Assembly: GCA_012728335.1 (NCBI GenBank)
Contig: JAAYFG010000055.1
Span: 967 to 64,966, forward strand
Source: Tissierellia bacterium
GTDB lineage: Bacteria; Bacillota; Clostridia; Tissierellales; Peptoniphilaceae
Reading direction: 5' to 3'
Length of the DNA: 64,000 bases
How positions within the stretch are numbered: the stretch's first letter is position 1; every line of letters begins with the position of its first letter. Positions 34,515 to 44,374 of the stretch are shown here, piece by piece. Under the pieces are notes generated by a model. That model saw nothing but the letters and a program-made list of their open reading frames with translations, did not search any database and was not told where the DNA came from. The translations under genes and the position numbers were made by a program.

Positions 34515-36286
34515 TATTCGTTCATATCCCCAAAGCTTCTCTTATAAAGATTAGCATATAATCCATCACTTTTTAGAAGTTCATCATGTGTACCCATTTC
34601 TTGAATACCATCTTCTGTAAGAACTATGATTCTATTGGCATCCATAATTGTAGAAAGTCTGTGGGCAATAGTAAGAGTAGTTCTTCCTTTAGCTAATTCT
34701 TCTAGTGAATTTTGTATAAGTCTTTCACTCTTATTATCAAGAGCAGAAGTTGCTTCATCAAGAATTAGTATTGGAGGATTCTTTAAGAATACTCTAGCAA
34801 TACTGATTCTTTGTTTTTGACCTCCTGAAAGTCTAAGGCCACGTTCTCCAACGTAAGTGTCATAACCCTCTGGAAGTTTATCTATAAATTCGTCTGCTCC
34901 TGCTAGTTTTGCAGCAGCTATGACATCCTCAAGTGATGCACCAGGTTTACCATATGCAATATTTTCATATACAGTTCCAGAGAATAGATAGACATCTTGT
35001 TGTACCATACCAATATTTGAACGTAGACTTTTAATCTGCAAGTCCCTAATATCAGTTCCGTCTATAGAAATGGCACCTTCAGTTACATCATAGAATCTAG
35101 GAATTAAATTGCTTATTGTAGTTTTACCACCACCGGATGGACCAACTAGTGCAATATTTTCACCAGGCTTTATCTCAATATCAATGTCCTTTAAGACATA
35201 ATCATCTGAACTGTCATATTTGAAAGATACATTATCAAATAAGATATGACCTTTAACATCAGTAAGTTCCTTGGCATCTTCAGAATCAAAGATATCTATG
35301 TCCGTATCCATTAATTCCACGAATCTTTCAATTCCAGTCATACCTTTGTGGAAGTTTTCAGTAAATTCAACTATTCTTCTAACAGTGTTTAAAAGAGTAG
35401 TAACAAATAGTACATATGCAACCAAGTCACCAGGTAATATACTTCCATTTACCATGAAGATACCACCGAAAAGTATTACAGTAACATACATCAAACCATC
35501 AAATATTCTAGTAACAGAGTGGAACATAGATAAGTTTTTGTATGTGTCTCTCTTGATATCTAGGAATTCGTCATTTTCTTCTTGGAATCTAGCTATTTCA
35601 TAATCTTCATTGGCAAAACTCTTTACGACTCTAACTCCAAGTAATGTATCTTCAATGCTTGCATTTATATCACCAATGTGATTACGTTGTTTTCTAAAAG
35701 TCTTTCTAACTCTACGATTGATTTTAGAAGCACTGAAAATCATAATTGGAATCATAAAGTAAATTATAAGAGTTAGTGGAATGTTTATATTAATCAGAAT
35801 TATAAACGACACTACTATTTTTATAAATCCTATGAAGTATTCTTCAGGGCAATGATGAGCAAATTCTGTTACATCAAATAAGTCATTGGTGATTCTGCTC
35901 ATTATCTGTCCAACTTTAGTTTTGTTATAAAATGAGTCCGAAAGATTTTGAAGATGATTAAAAGCATCTCTTCTCATATCAGTTTCAATCATAGCTCCCA
36001 TTACATGACCTATATTGTTCATATAGTAGTTTGCAATGATATCTACTACTTTAAGGATTAAATATAGACCTGAAATCAATAAGATAACTTGGATACTAAG
36101 GGCTTCTGGGTTTTCTATGCCCGTATTTGTCAGATATCTAAGTATCATCGGAAGTATCATTTCATTTATAGTAGTTAACATCGCACAGAATAAGTCTATG
36201 AATAATGTAGTTTTATACTTGTAGAAATAAGGTATAAATCGCTGTAAGAGTTCTCTTGTCGTGTATTTTTTGTTTTTTGTGATAAT
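34514..36286 (-). CDS. ABC exporter (MsbA-like fused TMD-NBD). Probable non-canonical ATT/ATC start; the canonical-start ORF is 34514..36181.
   Basis: Walker A GPSGGGKTT, signature LSGGQKQR, Walker B LILDEATS. The 35 in-frame codons upstream of ATG 36181 encode a typical exporter N-terminus (KKYTTRELLQRFIPYFYKYKTTLFIDLFCA). They sit behind a perfect AGGAGG, but the only candidate starts are ATT (36286) and ATC (36283). Confidence 0.75.
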   Translation of the reverse strand: MITKNKKYTTRELLQRFIPYFYKYKTTLFIDLFCAMLTTINEMILPMILRYLTNTGIENPEALSIQVILLISGLYLILKVVDIIANYYMNNIGHVMGAMIETDMRRDAFNHLQNLSDSFYNKTKVGQIMSRITNDLFDVTEFAHHCPEEYFIGFIKIVVSFIILININIPLTLIIYFMIPIMIFSASKINRRVRKTFRKQRNHIGDINASIEDTLLGVRVVKSFANEDYEIARFQEENDEFLDIKRDTYKNLSMFHSVTRIFDGLMYVTVILFGGIFMVNGSILPGDLVAYVLFVTTLLNTVRRIVEFTENFHKGMTGIERFVELMDTDIDIFDSEDAKELTDVKGHILFDNVSFKYDSSDDYVLKDIDIEIKPGENIALVGPSGGGKTTISNLIPRFYDVTEGAISIDGTDIRDLQIKSLRSNIGMVQQDVYLFSGTVYENIAYGKPGASLEDVIAAAKLAGADEFIDKLPEGYDTYVGERGLRLSGGQKQRISIARVFLKNPPILILDEATSALDNKSERLIQNSLEELAKGRTTLTIAHRLSTIMDANRIIVLTEDGIQEMGTHDELLKSDGLYANLYKRSFGDMNE

Positions 36287-36337
36287 TCTCCCCTCCTAAA
36301 AAATGATATACTTCAGACCGAAATCTGAAGTATATTA

Positions 36338-36940
36338 TTAACCATTATTTGTTCCATCTTTTCCTGTATTGTTTTCATCTTCAAAAGCAAAAGCTTCTCT
36401 GACTTGAGTAAGTACCGGATCAGTAGTAGATTTTATTTCGTGAAGTCCGCTTGCTTCATCGGTTAGAATAATACTACCTGTATCTGAATCTATGAAGAAA
36501 ACTAAATATTCTTTATTTGGTTCAATTCCTTTAACTTCAGGAAATTCGATATTTCTTAAACTTCCTTTAAAATCTTCGAGAACTTGTACGTCTTTACCAG
36601 TAGTACCAGTTTGGCTCATTTTTATGATTGAGATATAGTCAGAAGATTTAATTAGATTATTAACTTGTTCTTCACGACTTTGAGCAGCTTCTTGTTCTTC
36701 TTGAGAAAGTTCTGGCTCTTGCTCTTCTTCATCTTCAGTGTTTTCGCCATCAACTTCTTCGCCTTCAGTATTCTCTGGATCGCCTTCTTTTGGTTCTTCT
36801 GTTTCTTTATCTTTGTTATCTTCTTGAGATGCTGCTACATCAGGATTCACATCTTTTTCTTTGTCTTTAGCTTCTTTTTTTCCACAAGATGTCAGTATTA
36901 AAGACATTCCTAATAGTAAAATTATTAATTTATTCTTCAT
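36338..36940 (-). CDS. Acidic low-complexity lipoprotein
   Basis: Lipobox LILTSCG followed by an E/D/K-rich low-complexity region. 200 aa. Confidence 0.6.
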   Translation of the reverse strand: MKNKLIILLLGMSLILTSCGKKEAKDKEKDVNPDVAASQEDNKDKETEEPKEGDPENTEGEEVDGENTEDEEEQEPELSQEEQEAAQSREEQVNNLIKSSDYISIIKMSQTGTTGKDVQVLEDFKGSLRNIEFPEVKGIEPNKEYLVFFIDSDTGSIILTDEASGLHEIKSTTDPVLTQVREAFAFEDENNTGKDGTNNG

Positions 36941-36955
36941 TTCTTCCTCCTTGAA

Positions 36956-38089
36956 TTAGACCAAGTCATTATGTGCTTCTACTAAAGTCTTTATTATTGG
37001 CAGATGTTGTGGACATTCATCTTCACATTGTCCACACTCAATACATTGAGCTGCATCTGAATTTTTCTTTAAAAGATTTTGATAGCTTTTCTTACTTCTA
37101 TCAGCCTCATTAAAAACATACATATTATTATAATACGAAAATACATCAGGAATTGCAACCCCAGAAGGGCATGGAAGACAATATTTACAGTTAGTGCAGT
37201 CTATTTTCAACTTGTCGTTGAGATTGTCTTTAGTCTTGTTTATAGCACTTAATTCTTCGGCGGTCAATGTATTAGGTCTTATTTCATTGCAAGCATTTAT
37301 ATTATCATCTATTTGCTCTAATGAGTTCATTCCACTTAAGATTACGCTTATTTCAGATTGGTTTATTAACCAGCTTAGTGCCCAGTAAGCATTGGATTTT
37401 GAAGAGTCAATGTCTTTCAGAGGTTGTGTTATATCATTTGGTAAATTTGCTAATCTACCGCCTTTTACAGGCTCCATAATTACAACCGATACTCCTTTTT
37501 CCTTTGCATATCTCATACCTTCAAGTCCTGCTTGATAGTTCTCATCTAAATAGTTTAACTGTATTTGACAGAAGTCAAAATCATATGAGTCTATGATTTC
37601 TTTAAATACATCTAAATCATCATGGAAAGAAAAACCAATATACTTAATTTTATCTTCTTCTTTAGCTTTTTCTAAAAATTCAAAGACATTTAGCTGAAGG
37701 CATTTGTCCCATCTGTTTTTATCCAGTGCGTGAAGTAGGTAAAAGTCGATAAAAGATGTATTAAGTCTCTCCAATTGAGTATCTAAAAACTTCTCAAAGT
37801 CACGATGTTCCTTAACTTCCCAAACAGGATTTTTAGTAGCTAAATATATGTCTTTCCTATTTCCATATTTTTTAAAATACTCTCCTAAGAATATTTCAGA
37901 CTGTTGTCCATGGTAGAAATACGCTGTATCTATGTAATTGATTCCATTGGCAATTGCATGATTAAGTAATTCCGAAGATTTTTCGTAATCGATTTTTGAG
38001 TCATCATTATCTATGACAGGTAATCGCATGCATCCATAGTCAAGTAGAGATACTTTATTGCCTTTATTTATGAAACTTCTATATTGCAT
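36956..38089 (-). CDS. Aldo/keto reductase with C-terminal 4Fe-4S ferredoxin-like domain
   Basis: AKR-like GINYIDTAYFY and IGFSFHD motifs. C-terminal CTNCKYCLPCP and CIECGQCEDECP. Confidence 0.75.
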   Translation of the reverse strand: MQYRSFINKGNKVSLLDYGCMRLPVIDNDDSKIDYEKSSELLNHAIANGINYIDTAYFYHGQQSEIFLGEYFKKYGNRKDIYLATKNPVWEVKEHRDFEKFLDTQLERLNTSFIDFYLLHALDKNRWDKCLQLNVFEFLEKAKEEDKIKYIGFSFHDDLDVFKEIIDSYDFDFCQIQLNYLDENYQAGLEGMRYAKEKGVSVVIMEPVKGGRLANLPNDITQPLKDIDSSKSNAYWALSWLINQSEISVILSGMNSLEQIDDNINACNEIRPNTLTAEELSAINKTKDNLNDKLKIDCTNCKYCLPCPSGVAIPDVFSYYNNMYVFNEADRSKKSYQNLLKKNSDAAQCIECGQCEDECPQHLPIIKTLVEAHNDLV

Positions 38090-38104
38090 ATTTACCTCCT
38101 ATGA

Positions 38105-38839
38105 TTAAAATGAATTGAATAATACCATTAAGGATACACCCGCGATGGTAAAAAATATGGCGATAGCTAACCCTAATAGGAGTCTACATATAATGAATAT
38201 TAATGAAAATTTAGCTAATGTGTCTTTTTTCAAGAAAGGTAAAAATAAGACCAATACTAAATATAGGACTACAATCATTGAGATGACTCCGCTTAGTTGA
38301 AAATTTATCTTATAGGGATTAGAAAAATTCAAACTAAAATCCCCGTTAAATACCTGTGAAATAATCATAAGCAATAATATATTTACAGTAGTCAAGCGAC
38401 TAGGGACTATATTATTAGTTGACTTAATCGCTATTTGAATCGGGACTAAAGTAGTTATAAAGTTTATGAAAATAATCAGAATAAACAATAGTAAAGGTGC
38501 AATTGCAAAGATACCATGGAAAAAACTTCCATTGATTGACAGTGTCAAAAGTGGTAAAAAGGACAACAATAAAATAATCCCAAGCATTATTCCAATAGAA
38601 TATCTATAGTTCACAATTCGAATGTGTAATGGAGCAATGAAATCATATGATTTCTCTATGAATGATATGATTGAACCCGAAAAGGCATTATCTGCACTAG
38701 GGTCCTTAAAATCGTTGTCAGTTCTATCATAGGGATTATCAAAATCATTACGATAGCCTTCTTGATTTAATTTAGCACCACAATTTGAACAAAAATTTGT
38801 ATTTTCTGGGTTATCTGTATTACATTTTGGACACTTCAT
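38105..38839 (-). CDS. Zinc-ribbon domain membrane protein
   Basis: N-terminal MKCPKCNTDNPENTNFCSNCGAKL zinc ribbon followed by several TM segments. Confidence 0.6.
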   Translation of the reverse strand: MKCPKCNTDNPENTNFCSNCGAKLNQEGYRNDFDNPYDRTDNDFKDPSADNAFSGSIISFIEKSYDFIAPLHIRIVNYRYSIGIMLGIILLLSFLPLLTLSINGSFFHGIFAIAPLLLFILIIFINFITTLVPIQIAIKSTNNIVPSRLTTVNILLLMIISQVFNGDFSLNFSNPYKINFQLSGVISMIVVLYLVLVLFLPFLKKDTLAKFSLIFIICRLLLGLAIAIFFTIAGVSLMVLFNSF

Positions 38840-38931
38840 ATGCTCACCTCCAATTGTTATATATGGTTTATTATAGCATAAATTGGGTTTTTTTGATATA
38901 ATAGGTCAGAAATTATGAAAGGAGGCAGACA

Positions 38932-40293
38932 ATGGCGGTTGAAAAAGTAAAAGCAAGTGATCGTATGGGAACAGAAGATATGAAATCACTTCTATTAAAA
39001 ATTTCGTTACCAATGATTATATCGATGTTGGTTCAGTCACTGTACAATGTAGTTGACAGTATTTTCGTAGCAAGGCTAAGTGAATCGGCACTTGCAGCAG
39101 TATCGCTATCATTTCCGATTCAAAACTTAATGATTGCTTTTTCAGTTGGAACCTGTGTTGGTATGAATGCGCTTCTTTCTAGGTACTTGGGGCAGAGAAA
39201 TAACAAATATGCAAATAAGGTTTCACATAATACTTTTGTATTATTGTTCATTGAATATTTAGCGTTTTTAATATTTGGTTTATTCTTCGCCGAAAAGTTT
39301 TTCTTGGCGCAGTCGGTAGATGCAGAAATTTTACAACATGGTAAGGCTTATTTAAGCATAGTTACAATTTTTTCCTTTGGTCAGTTTTATCAAATATACA
39401 ATGAGAGATTATTGCAGTCAACAGGACTTACTTTCTATGTACTGGTTACTCAAGGTTTAGGAGCAATTATAAATATTATACTTGACCCAATACTTATATT
39501 TGGCTTATTAGGAGTACCGAAGTTAGGAACGGCAGGAGCTGCTATTGCAACGGTAATAGGACAGATAGTTGAAATGATTATGGGCTTTGTAGTAAATCAT
39601 AAGAAAAATGAAGAGTTGGAAATTAAGTTGTTCGGAATTAAACCTAGTTTAGCAATCATAAAAGAAATTCTGGTAATAGGTATTCCTTCTGTTGCCCTTT
39701 CTTCACTGGCTTCAATAATGACGTTCTTCATGAACAAGATACTAGCAACCTTTAATACTACAGCAATAGCTGTCTTCGGGGTTTATTTTAAAGTACAGAG
39801 CTTTGTTTTCATGCCTGTTTTTGGGCTTACAAATGGACTTGTTCCAATAGTTGCTTATAATTATGGTGCAAAGAACAAAAAAAGAGTCATGGAGGCAATA
39901 AAGTTTGCCACAATATATGCAACTGTTATAGTGACGATAGGGTTTATATTAGTACATTTCTTCCCTGAACAAATACTATATCTATTTAAACCATCAGATG
40001 AGATGCTGAAAATAGGTAGAGCAGCATTAGGCACAATAAGTTGGAGTTTCTTAATAGCAGGATTTACAATAGTGGCAGTTTCAACTTTTCAAGCACTGGG
40101 ACATGGTCTTGCGAGTTTAGTTACTTCATTTACCAGACAGATTATATTCTTGTTGCCAATAGCATATTTAATGTCTAGAACAGGTGATTTGGATTTAATA
40201 TGGTGGAGTTTCCCAATAGCAGAAGCAGTTGCAGCTGTTATGTGTATAATCTATCTTGGTGTACTAAAGAAAAATGTAATAGATCAACTATAA
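38932..40293 (+). CDS. MATE family efflux transporter
   Basis: 453 aa, 12 TM segments, LLLKISLPMIISMLVQSLYNVVDSIFVARL N-terminal MATE pattern. AGGAGG SD. Confidence 0.85.
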   Translation: MAVEKVKASDRMGTEDMKSLLLKISLPMIISMLVQSLYNVVDSIFVARLSESALAAVSLSFPIQNLMIAFSVGTCVGMNALLSRYLGQRNNKYANKVSHNTFVLLFIEYLAFLIFGLFFAEKFFLAQSVDAEILQHGKAYLSIVTIFSFGQFYQIYNERLLQSTGLTFYVLVTQGLGAIINIILDPILIFGLLGVPKLGTAGAAIATVIGQIVEMIMGFVVNHKKNEELEIKLFGIKPSLAIIKEILVIGIPSVALSSLASIMTFFMNKILATFNTTAIAVFGVYFKVQSFVFMPVFGLTNGLVPIVAYNYGAKNKKRVMEAIKFATIYATVIVTIGFILVHFFPEQILYLFKPSDEMLKIGRAALGTISWSFLIAGFTIVAVSTFQALGHGLASLVTSFTRQIIFLLPIAYLMSRTGDLDLIWWSFPIAEAVAAVMCIIYLGVLKKNVIDQL

Positions 40294-40298
40294 ACGAG

Positions 40299-40333
40299 AA
40301 TGACAAACTGATATATATTAGTTTGTCATTTTT
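40299..40333 (+). terminator. Rho-independent terminator
   Basis: AATGACAAAC...GTTTGTCATT stem plus TTT. Confidence 0.7.
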
Positions 40334-40381
40334 AAAAAGGGAGCAATTATTTATGGTATAATCAATAGAAGAGGTGATTAT

Positions 40382-40777
40382 ATGTATACTTTCAATATTA
40401 AGACTAAAGACAGATTTGAGATAGTGAATATAGATAGTTTTATTCGTGAGGCAATAGAAAGTTCAGGAGTTCATAATGGAGCTTTAATAGTCTTTTGTCC
40501 TCATACTACTGGTGCAATTACAATTAACGAAAATGGAGATCCAGACGTAAAAATTGATATGATTAGTGCATTCAATCGTATTTCTCCTGAATTAAGTGAG
40601 TATAGGCATTTTGAAGGAAACTCTCATGCACATGTGCTTTCAAGTCTTGTAGGTGCAAGTGAACACATTATAGTAAATAATGGGAAAGCAGTTTTAGGTA
40701 CTTGGCAAAGTGTTTATTTTTGTGAATTTGATGGACCTAGAAACCGAAAGATACATATAAAAGTGTTAGGACAATAA
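40382..40777 (+). CDS. yjbQ: YjbQ/UPF0047 family protein (secondary thiamine-phosphate synthase-like)
   Basis: 131 aa with HTTGAITINENGDPDV and GNSHAHV motifs. Confidence 0.75.
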   Translation: MYTFNIKTKDRFEIVNIDSFIREAIESSGVHNGALIVFCPHTTGAITINENGDPDVKIDMISAFNRISPELSEYRHFEGNSHAHVLSSLVGASEHIIVNNGKAVLGTWQSVYFCEFDGPRNRKIHIKVLGQ

Positions 40778-40819
40778 TTCATATTGACAATAAATTTTTG
40801 ATATGATATATTAAATCAG

Positions 40820-40980
40820 ATAAAAACCTTTAAGCTTTTCCAGAGAGTTAAGCAAGGATATGGTAGAACCATATTCCTATTTCGATAGGAGGATGTTTTT
40901 CGTGTATATTAAAATGAGAAGAATAAATTTGATAGTGGACTTAGTGTTACTCTAATTGGGTAACACTAGGTCTTATTTTA
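40820..40980 (+). promoter_or_regulatory. PyrR-binding attenuator leader of pyrF-pyrE
   Basis: Binding-loop hairpin CCUUuaaGCUU-UUCCAGAGAGUU-AAGCAAGG (about 40826-40857) carries the conserved UCCAGAGAG core. Downstream terminator-like hairpin TAGTGTTAC...GTAACACTA (40942-40968) plus U-rich tail. Confidence 0.65.
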
Positions 40981-40996
40981 TGTATAGGAGGCATAT

Positions 40997-41854
40997 ATGA
41001 TAATTGATAAACTGTATGAAATAGTGGAAGAAAAAGGCAATGTATGTGTGGGACTAGATAGTAGTTTGGACTATATACCTGAAAGCATTAAAACAAAGTA
41101 TCAAAATATTTCGGATATCATATTTGAATTCAATAAAGAAATAATTGATAATACTAAAGATATAACAGCGATATATAAGCCTCAAATTGCGTTCTATGAA
41201 GCTTATGGAATGGAAGGGCTATTAGCTTATAAGAGAACTGTTAAATACCTTAGAGACAATGGACTTTTAAGTATTGGCGATATAAAGAGAGGGGACATTT
41301 CTTCTACAGCTAAAATGTATGCTCAAGGACATTTTTCTGGAGACTTTGAAGTGGACTTCATAACTCTTAATCCGTATATGGGATTTGACAGCATAACTCC
41401 ATATCTAGAATATGTAGAAACTGGAGATAAAGGTGTTTTTGTACTGCTTAGAACTTCTAATCCTGGTGCGAAAGATATTGAGTACTTAAAAGCGGATGGT
41501 AAGGAAATATATTATCATGTTGGTGATGAATTAGAGAAAATCGGAAGTTCGTATATAGGCAAACATGGATATAGCAATGTGTGTTCAGTAGTTGGTGGAA
41601 CTCATATGGATGAAGCTAAAGAGCTGAGAGAAAGATATGCGAATATGTTTATCTTGATACCAGGATATGGAGCTCAAGGTGGAACTGGTGAAGATGCTCA
41701 AATGTATTTGAAAAATGGAAATGGTGGAGTAGTAAACTCTTCAAGGGGAATAATCACTCACTATAAGAAATTTGAAGATGGAGCAGAAAATGTAGGTAAA
41801 TATGCGAGAGAAGCTGTTGAAGCTATGAGAATAGATTTAGGGTATAACAAATAA
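40997..41854 (+). CDS. pyrF: Orotidine 5'-phosphate decarboxylase (long, type 2 form)
   Basis: 285 aa, with VCVGLDS, DIKRGDI and YGAQGG patterns. Followed by pyrE. Confidence 0.85.
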   Translation: MIIDKLYEIVEEKGNVCVGLDSSLDYIPESIKTKYQNISDIIFEFNKEIIDNTKDITAIYKPQIAFYEAYGMEGLLAYKRTVKYLRDNGLLSIGDIKRGDISSTAKMYAQGHFSGDFEVDFITLNPYMGFDSITPYLEYVETGDKGVFVLLRTSNPGAKDIEYLKADGKEIYYHVGDELEKIGSSYIGKHGYSNVCSVVGGTHMDEAKELRERYANMFILIPGYGAQGGTGEDAQMYLKNGNGGVVNSSRGIITHYKKFEDGAENVGKYAREAVEAMRIDLGYNK

Positions 41855-41868
41855 GGAGGAAATTATAA

Positions 41869-42438
41869 ATGATAATCGATCAATTTAAAGAATCAGGTGC
41901 ACTATTAGACGGTCACTTTTTACTTTCATCAGGACTACACAGTAACGGATATGTACAATGTGCTAAATTATTACAATATCCTGATAGAGCAGCAATAGTT
42001 GTTGCGGAAATAGTAAGAAAACTTAATGAAGCAAATGTGAAACCTGATATAATAGTAGGACCAGCGATGGGTGGAATTGTGGTAGCTTATGAATTGGGAA
42101 GACAATTAGGAGTTCCAGCAATTTTCACTGAGAGAGATATTGACAATTACATGACTCTAAGAAGAGGCTTTGAAATAGAAAATGGAGCAAAAGTACTGGT
42201 TTGTGAAGACGTAGTTACAACTGGTAAATCTACAAGGGAAGCTATCAAAACCATAAGAGAACATGGTGGCGAAATAGTAGGAGTAGCATCACTAGTAGAC
42301 AGAACAGATGGAAGTTTTGAATATCCACTTTATTCAGCAACAAAATTAGATATTAAAACTTTTGACCCTGAAAACTGTCCTCTATGTAAAGAAGGTAGTA
42401 CTGCAATTAAACCAGGAAGTAGAAAAGTATTTAGATAA
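41869..42438 (+). CDS. pyrE: Orotate phosphoribosyltransferase
   Basis: PRPP-binding motif VLVCEDVVTTGKST. 189 aa. Confidence 0.9.
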   Translation: MIIDQFKESGALLDGHFLLSSGLHSNGYVQCAKLLQYPDRAAIVVAEIVRKLNEANVKPDIIVGPAMGGIVVAYELGRQLGVPAIFTERDIDNYMTLRRGFEIENGAKVLVCEDVVTTGKSTREAIKTIREHGGEIVGVASLVDRTDGSFEYPLYSATKLDIKTFDPENCPLCKEGSTAIKPGSRKVFR

Positions 42439-42451
42439 GAAGTGTGATTTA

Positions 42452-43624
42452 ATGAATATAGGAATAGATGTAGTTGAAAATGCTAGGATAAAAGAGGTTT
42501 ATTCTAAGCATGATGATAAGTTTTTGGAAAAGATGTTTACAAAACTTGAAATAGACTATATAAAATCAAGAAACAATTCAATAGAAACTATATCAGGACT
42601 TTTTTCAGCAAAGGAATCAGTTGCTAAGGCACTGGGAAAAGGCTTTGGTCCAGATGTTAACTTCCATGATATAGAGATTAGACATGAAGAGTCAGGAGCT
42701 CCTTATGCTATTTATAAGGGTATGAAAATGAGTATAAGCATATCCAATGAAAAAGATTATAGCATTAGCATTGCGATTTCAGATAGTGGGGTAAACTTTG
42801 TTATTCCAGACGAAATAATCAATATAGTTATTCCAAGAGATAAGTATGGGCATAAAGGGACTTTTGGCAAAACAATGGTGATAGCAGGCTCGTTGGGAAT
42901 GATTGGAGCAGGATATCTTTCTAGTAATGCTGCATTAAAATCAGGATGTGGTTTAGTATATCACTATGTTCCAGACGAGATACTTGATGCGATGAGTTTG
43001 AAACAAGTGGAAGTAATAGTTAAGAGATATACCGATTTAATAAATGATTATGGATATATGGATTCCATATTAGTAGGTCCTGGAATAGGAATAGGCAAAG
43101 CGAATTACAATAAGAATTTGGCGATGTTAAAAGAGATTATTAAAACTGACAAAAAAGTGCTTATTGATGCAGATGGACTGACTATATTAGCTGAAAATAT
43201 GGATTTGTTGGAAGAGAGCAATGCAGACATAATTATGACCCCACATTTTGGAGAGTTTCAAAGACTTATGGGAAGAACTATATCCAAAGATGAGGATCTG
43301 TTAGAAATAAGTATCAATTTTGCAAAAGAAAATTCATGTGTATTGGTCCAAAAAGGGCACAATACCGTAGTAACCAATGGAAGCGAGTTCTATGTTAATA
43401 ATACTGGAAACTCAGGAATGGCAACTGCTGGTAGTGGTGATGTCCTTTCAGGAATTATTTCTGGATTATTGGCGCAAGGATATGAAACCTTTGAAGCAGC
43501 GAAACTAGGAGTTTACATTCATGGGCTAAGCGGAGATATCGCTGCAGAAAAAAAATCAGAGCATTCTATGGTTGCAAGTGATATCTTAGAATGTTTAGGT
43601 CAAGCATTTAAATTAATAATTTAG
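42452..43624 (+). CDS. acpS: Fusion protein: holo-ACP synthase (AcpS) domain + ADP-dependent NAD(P)H-hydrate dehydratase (YjeF_C/NnrD) domain
   Basis: N-terminal IGIDVVENARI and FSAKESVAKALG (AcpS). C-terminal HKGTFGKTMVIAGS and GSGDVLSGII (NnrD). Start at ATG 42452; the longer ORF start at 42362 would overlap pyrE. Confidence 0.8.
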   Translation: MNIGIDVVENARIKEVYSKHDDKFLEKMFTKLEIDYIKSRNNSIETISGLFSAKESVAKALGKGFGPDVNFHDIEIRHEESGAPYAIYKGMKMSISISNEKDYSISIAISDSGVNFVIPDEIINIVIPRDKYGHKGTFGKTMVIAGSLGMIGAGYLSSNAALKSGCGLVYHYVPDEILDAMSLKQVEVIVKRYTDLINDYGYMDSILVGPGIGIGKANYNKNLAMLKEIIKTDKKVLIDADGLTILAENMDLLEESNADIIMTPHFGEFQRLMGRTISKDEDLLEISINFAKENSCVLVQKGHNTVVTNGSEFYVNNTGNSGMATAGSGDVLSGIISGLLAQGYETFEAAKLGVYIHGLSGDIAAEKKSEHSMVASDILECLGQAFKLII

Positions 43625-43712
43625 CATTTTACTTTGAAATTTGTGGAGAAAAGTATATAATAAAGGGTATATATTTTATAGCAGTACATTTGAGCTATGA
43701 TAGGGTGTGGTT

Positions 43713-44057
43713 ATGAAGATAAAACGAGGAGATTTATACTATGCCGATCTCAGCCCAGTTATAGGTTCTGAACAAGGCGGAGTAAGACCAGTCGTCATAG
43801 TTCAGAATGATATAGGGAATAAATATAGTCCCACTACGATAGTAGCAGCAATAACGTCTCAATTAAATAAACCTAAACTACCTACTCATGTTCCAATTTC
43901 AGCTCAAAAATATGGACTGCCTAAAAATTCAGTAGTACTCACTGAACAACTGAGAACTGTTGATAAAAAAAGACTAAGAGAAAAACTAGGTAGCGCAGAT
44001 GAAGAATTTATGAAGAGAATTGATGATGCTATAAAGACTAGTGTGGGATTGAAGTAA
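43713..44057 (+). CDS. mazF: MazF/EndoA (PemK family) endoribonuclease toxin
   Basis: [47 protein letters not shown] is close to the EndoA/MazF consensus. 114-116 aa. Confidence 0.88.
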   Translation: MKIKRGDLYYADLSPVIGSEQGGVRPVVIVQNDIGNKYSPTTIVAAITSQLNKPKLPTHVPISAQKYGLPKNSVVLTEQLRTVDKKRLREKLGSADEEFMKRIDDAIKTSVGLK

Positions 44058-44090
44058 TACATAAGGTATGGTATAAACCAAATACATAAT

Positions 44091-44123
44091 AAAAAGAATA
44101 AGCAGAAATGCTTATTCTTTTTT
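44091..44123 (+). terminator. Rho-independent terminator
   Basis: AAGAATAAGC...GCTTATTCTT stem plus a T-run. Confidence 0.85.
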
Positions 44124-44374
44124 ATGTGCAAAATTAAGTAAATCAATAGATTTGAGTTTTGAGGAAATAAGAAGAAATACTTCACATTGTAAGAGTTTTT
44201 AACTAATCAGTATTTCTATATTTAACCATGAGTATGATATTTGATTACGGAGACTAAGAAAGGCTAATAATTAACATTTCTAACTATTTAAAGGTTTTAC
44301 TTATAGTTGGATTTATAGTATAATCTTTATAGTCGTAATCTAAACGACAGACTTTTCCGAAAGGAGGAAATTGA

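Noticed and set aside
42362-42451. Longer start (42362) for the acpS-nnrD gene, overlapping pyrE by 77 nt
   Set aside because: The extra 30 codons lie in an alternative frame of the pyrE 3' end. The AcpS domain begins at MNIGIDVVE (ATG 42452).
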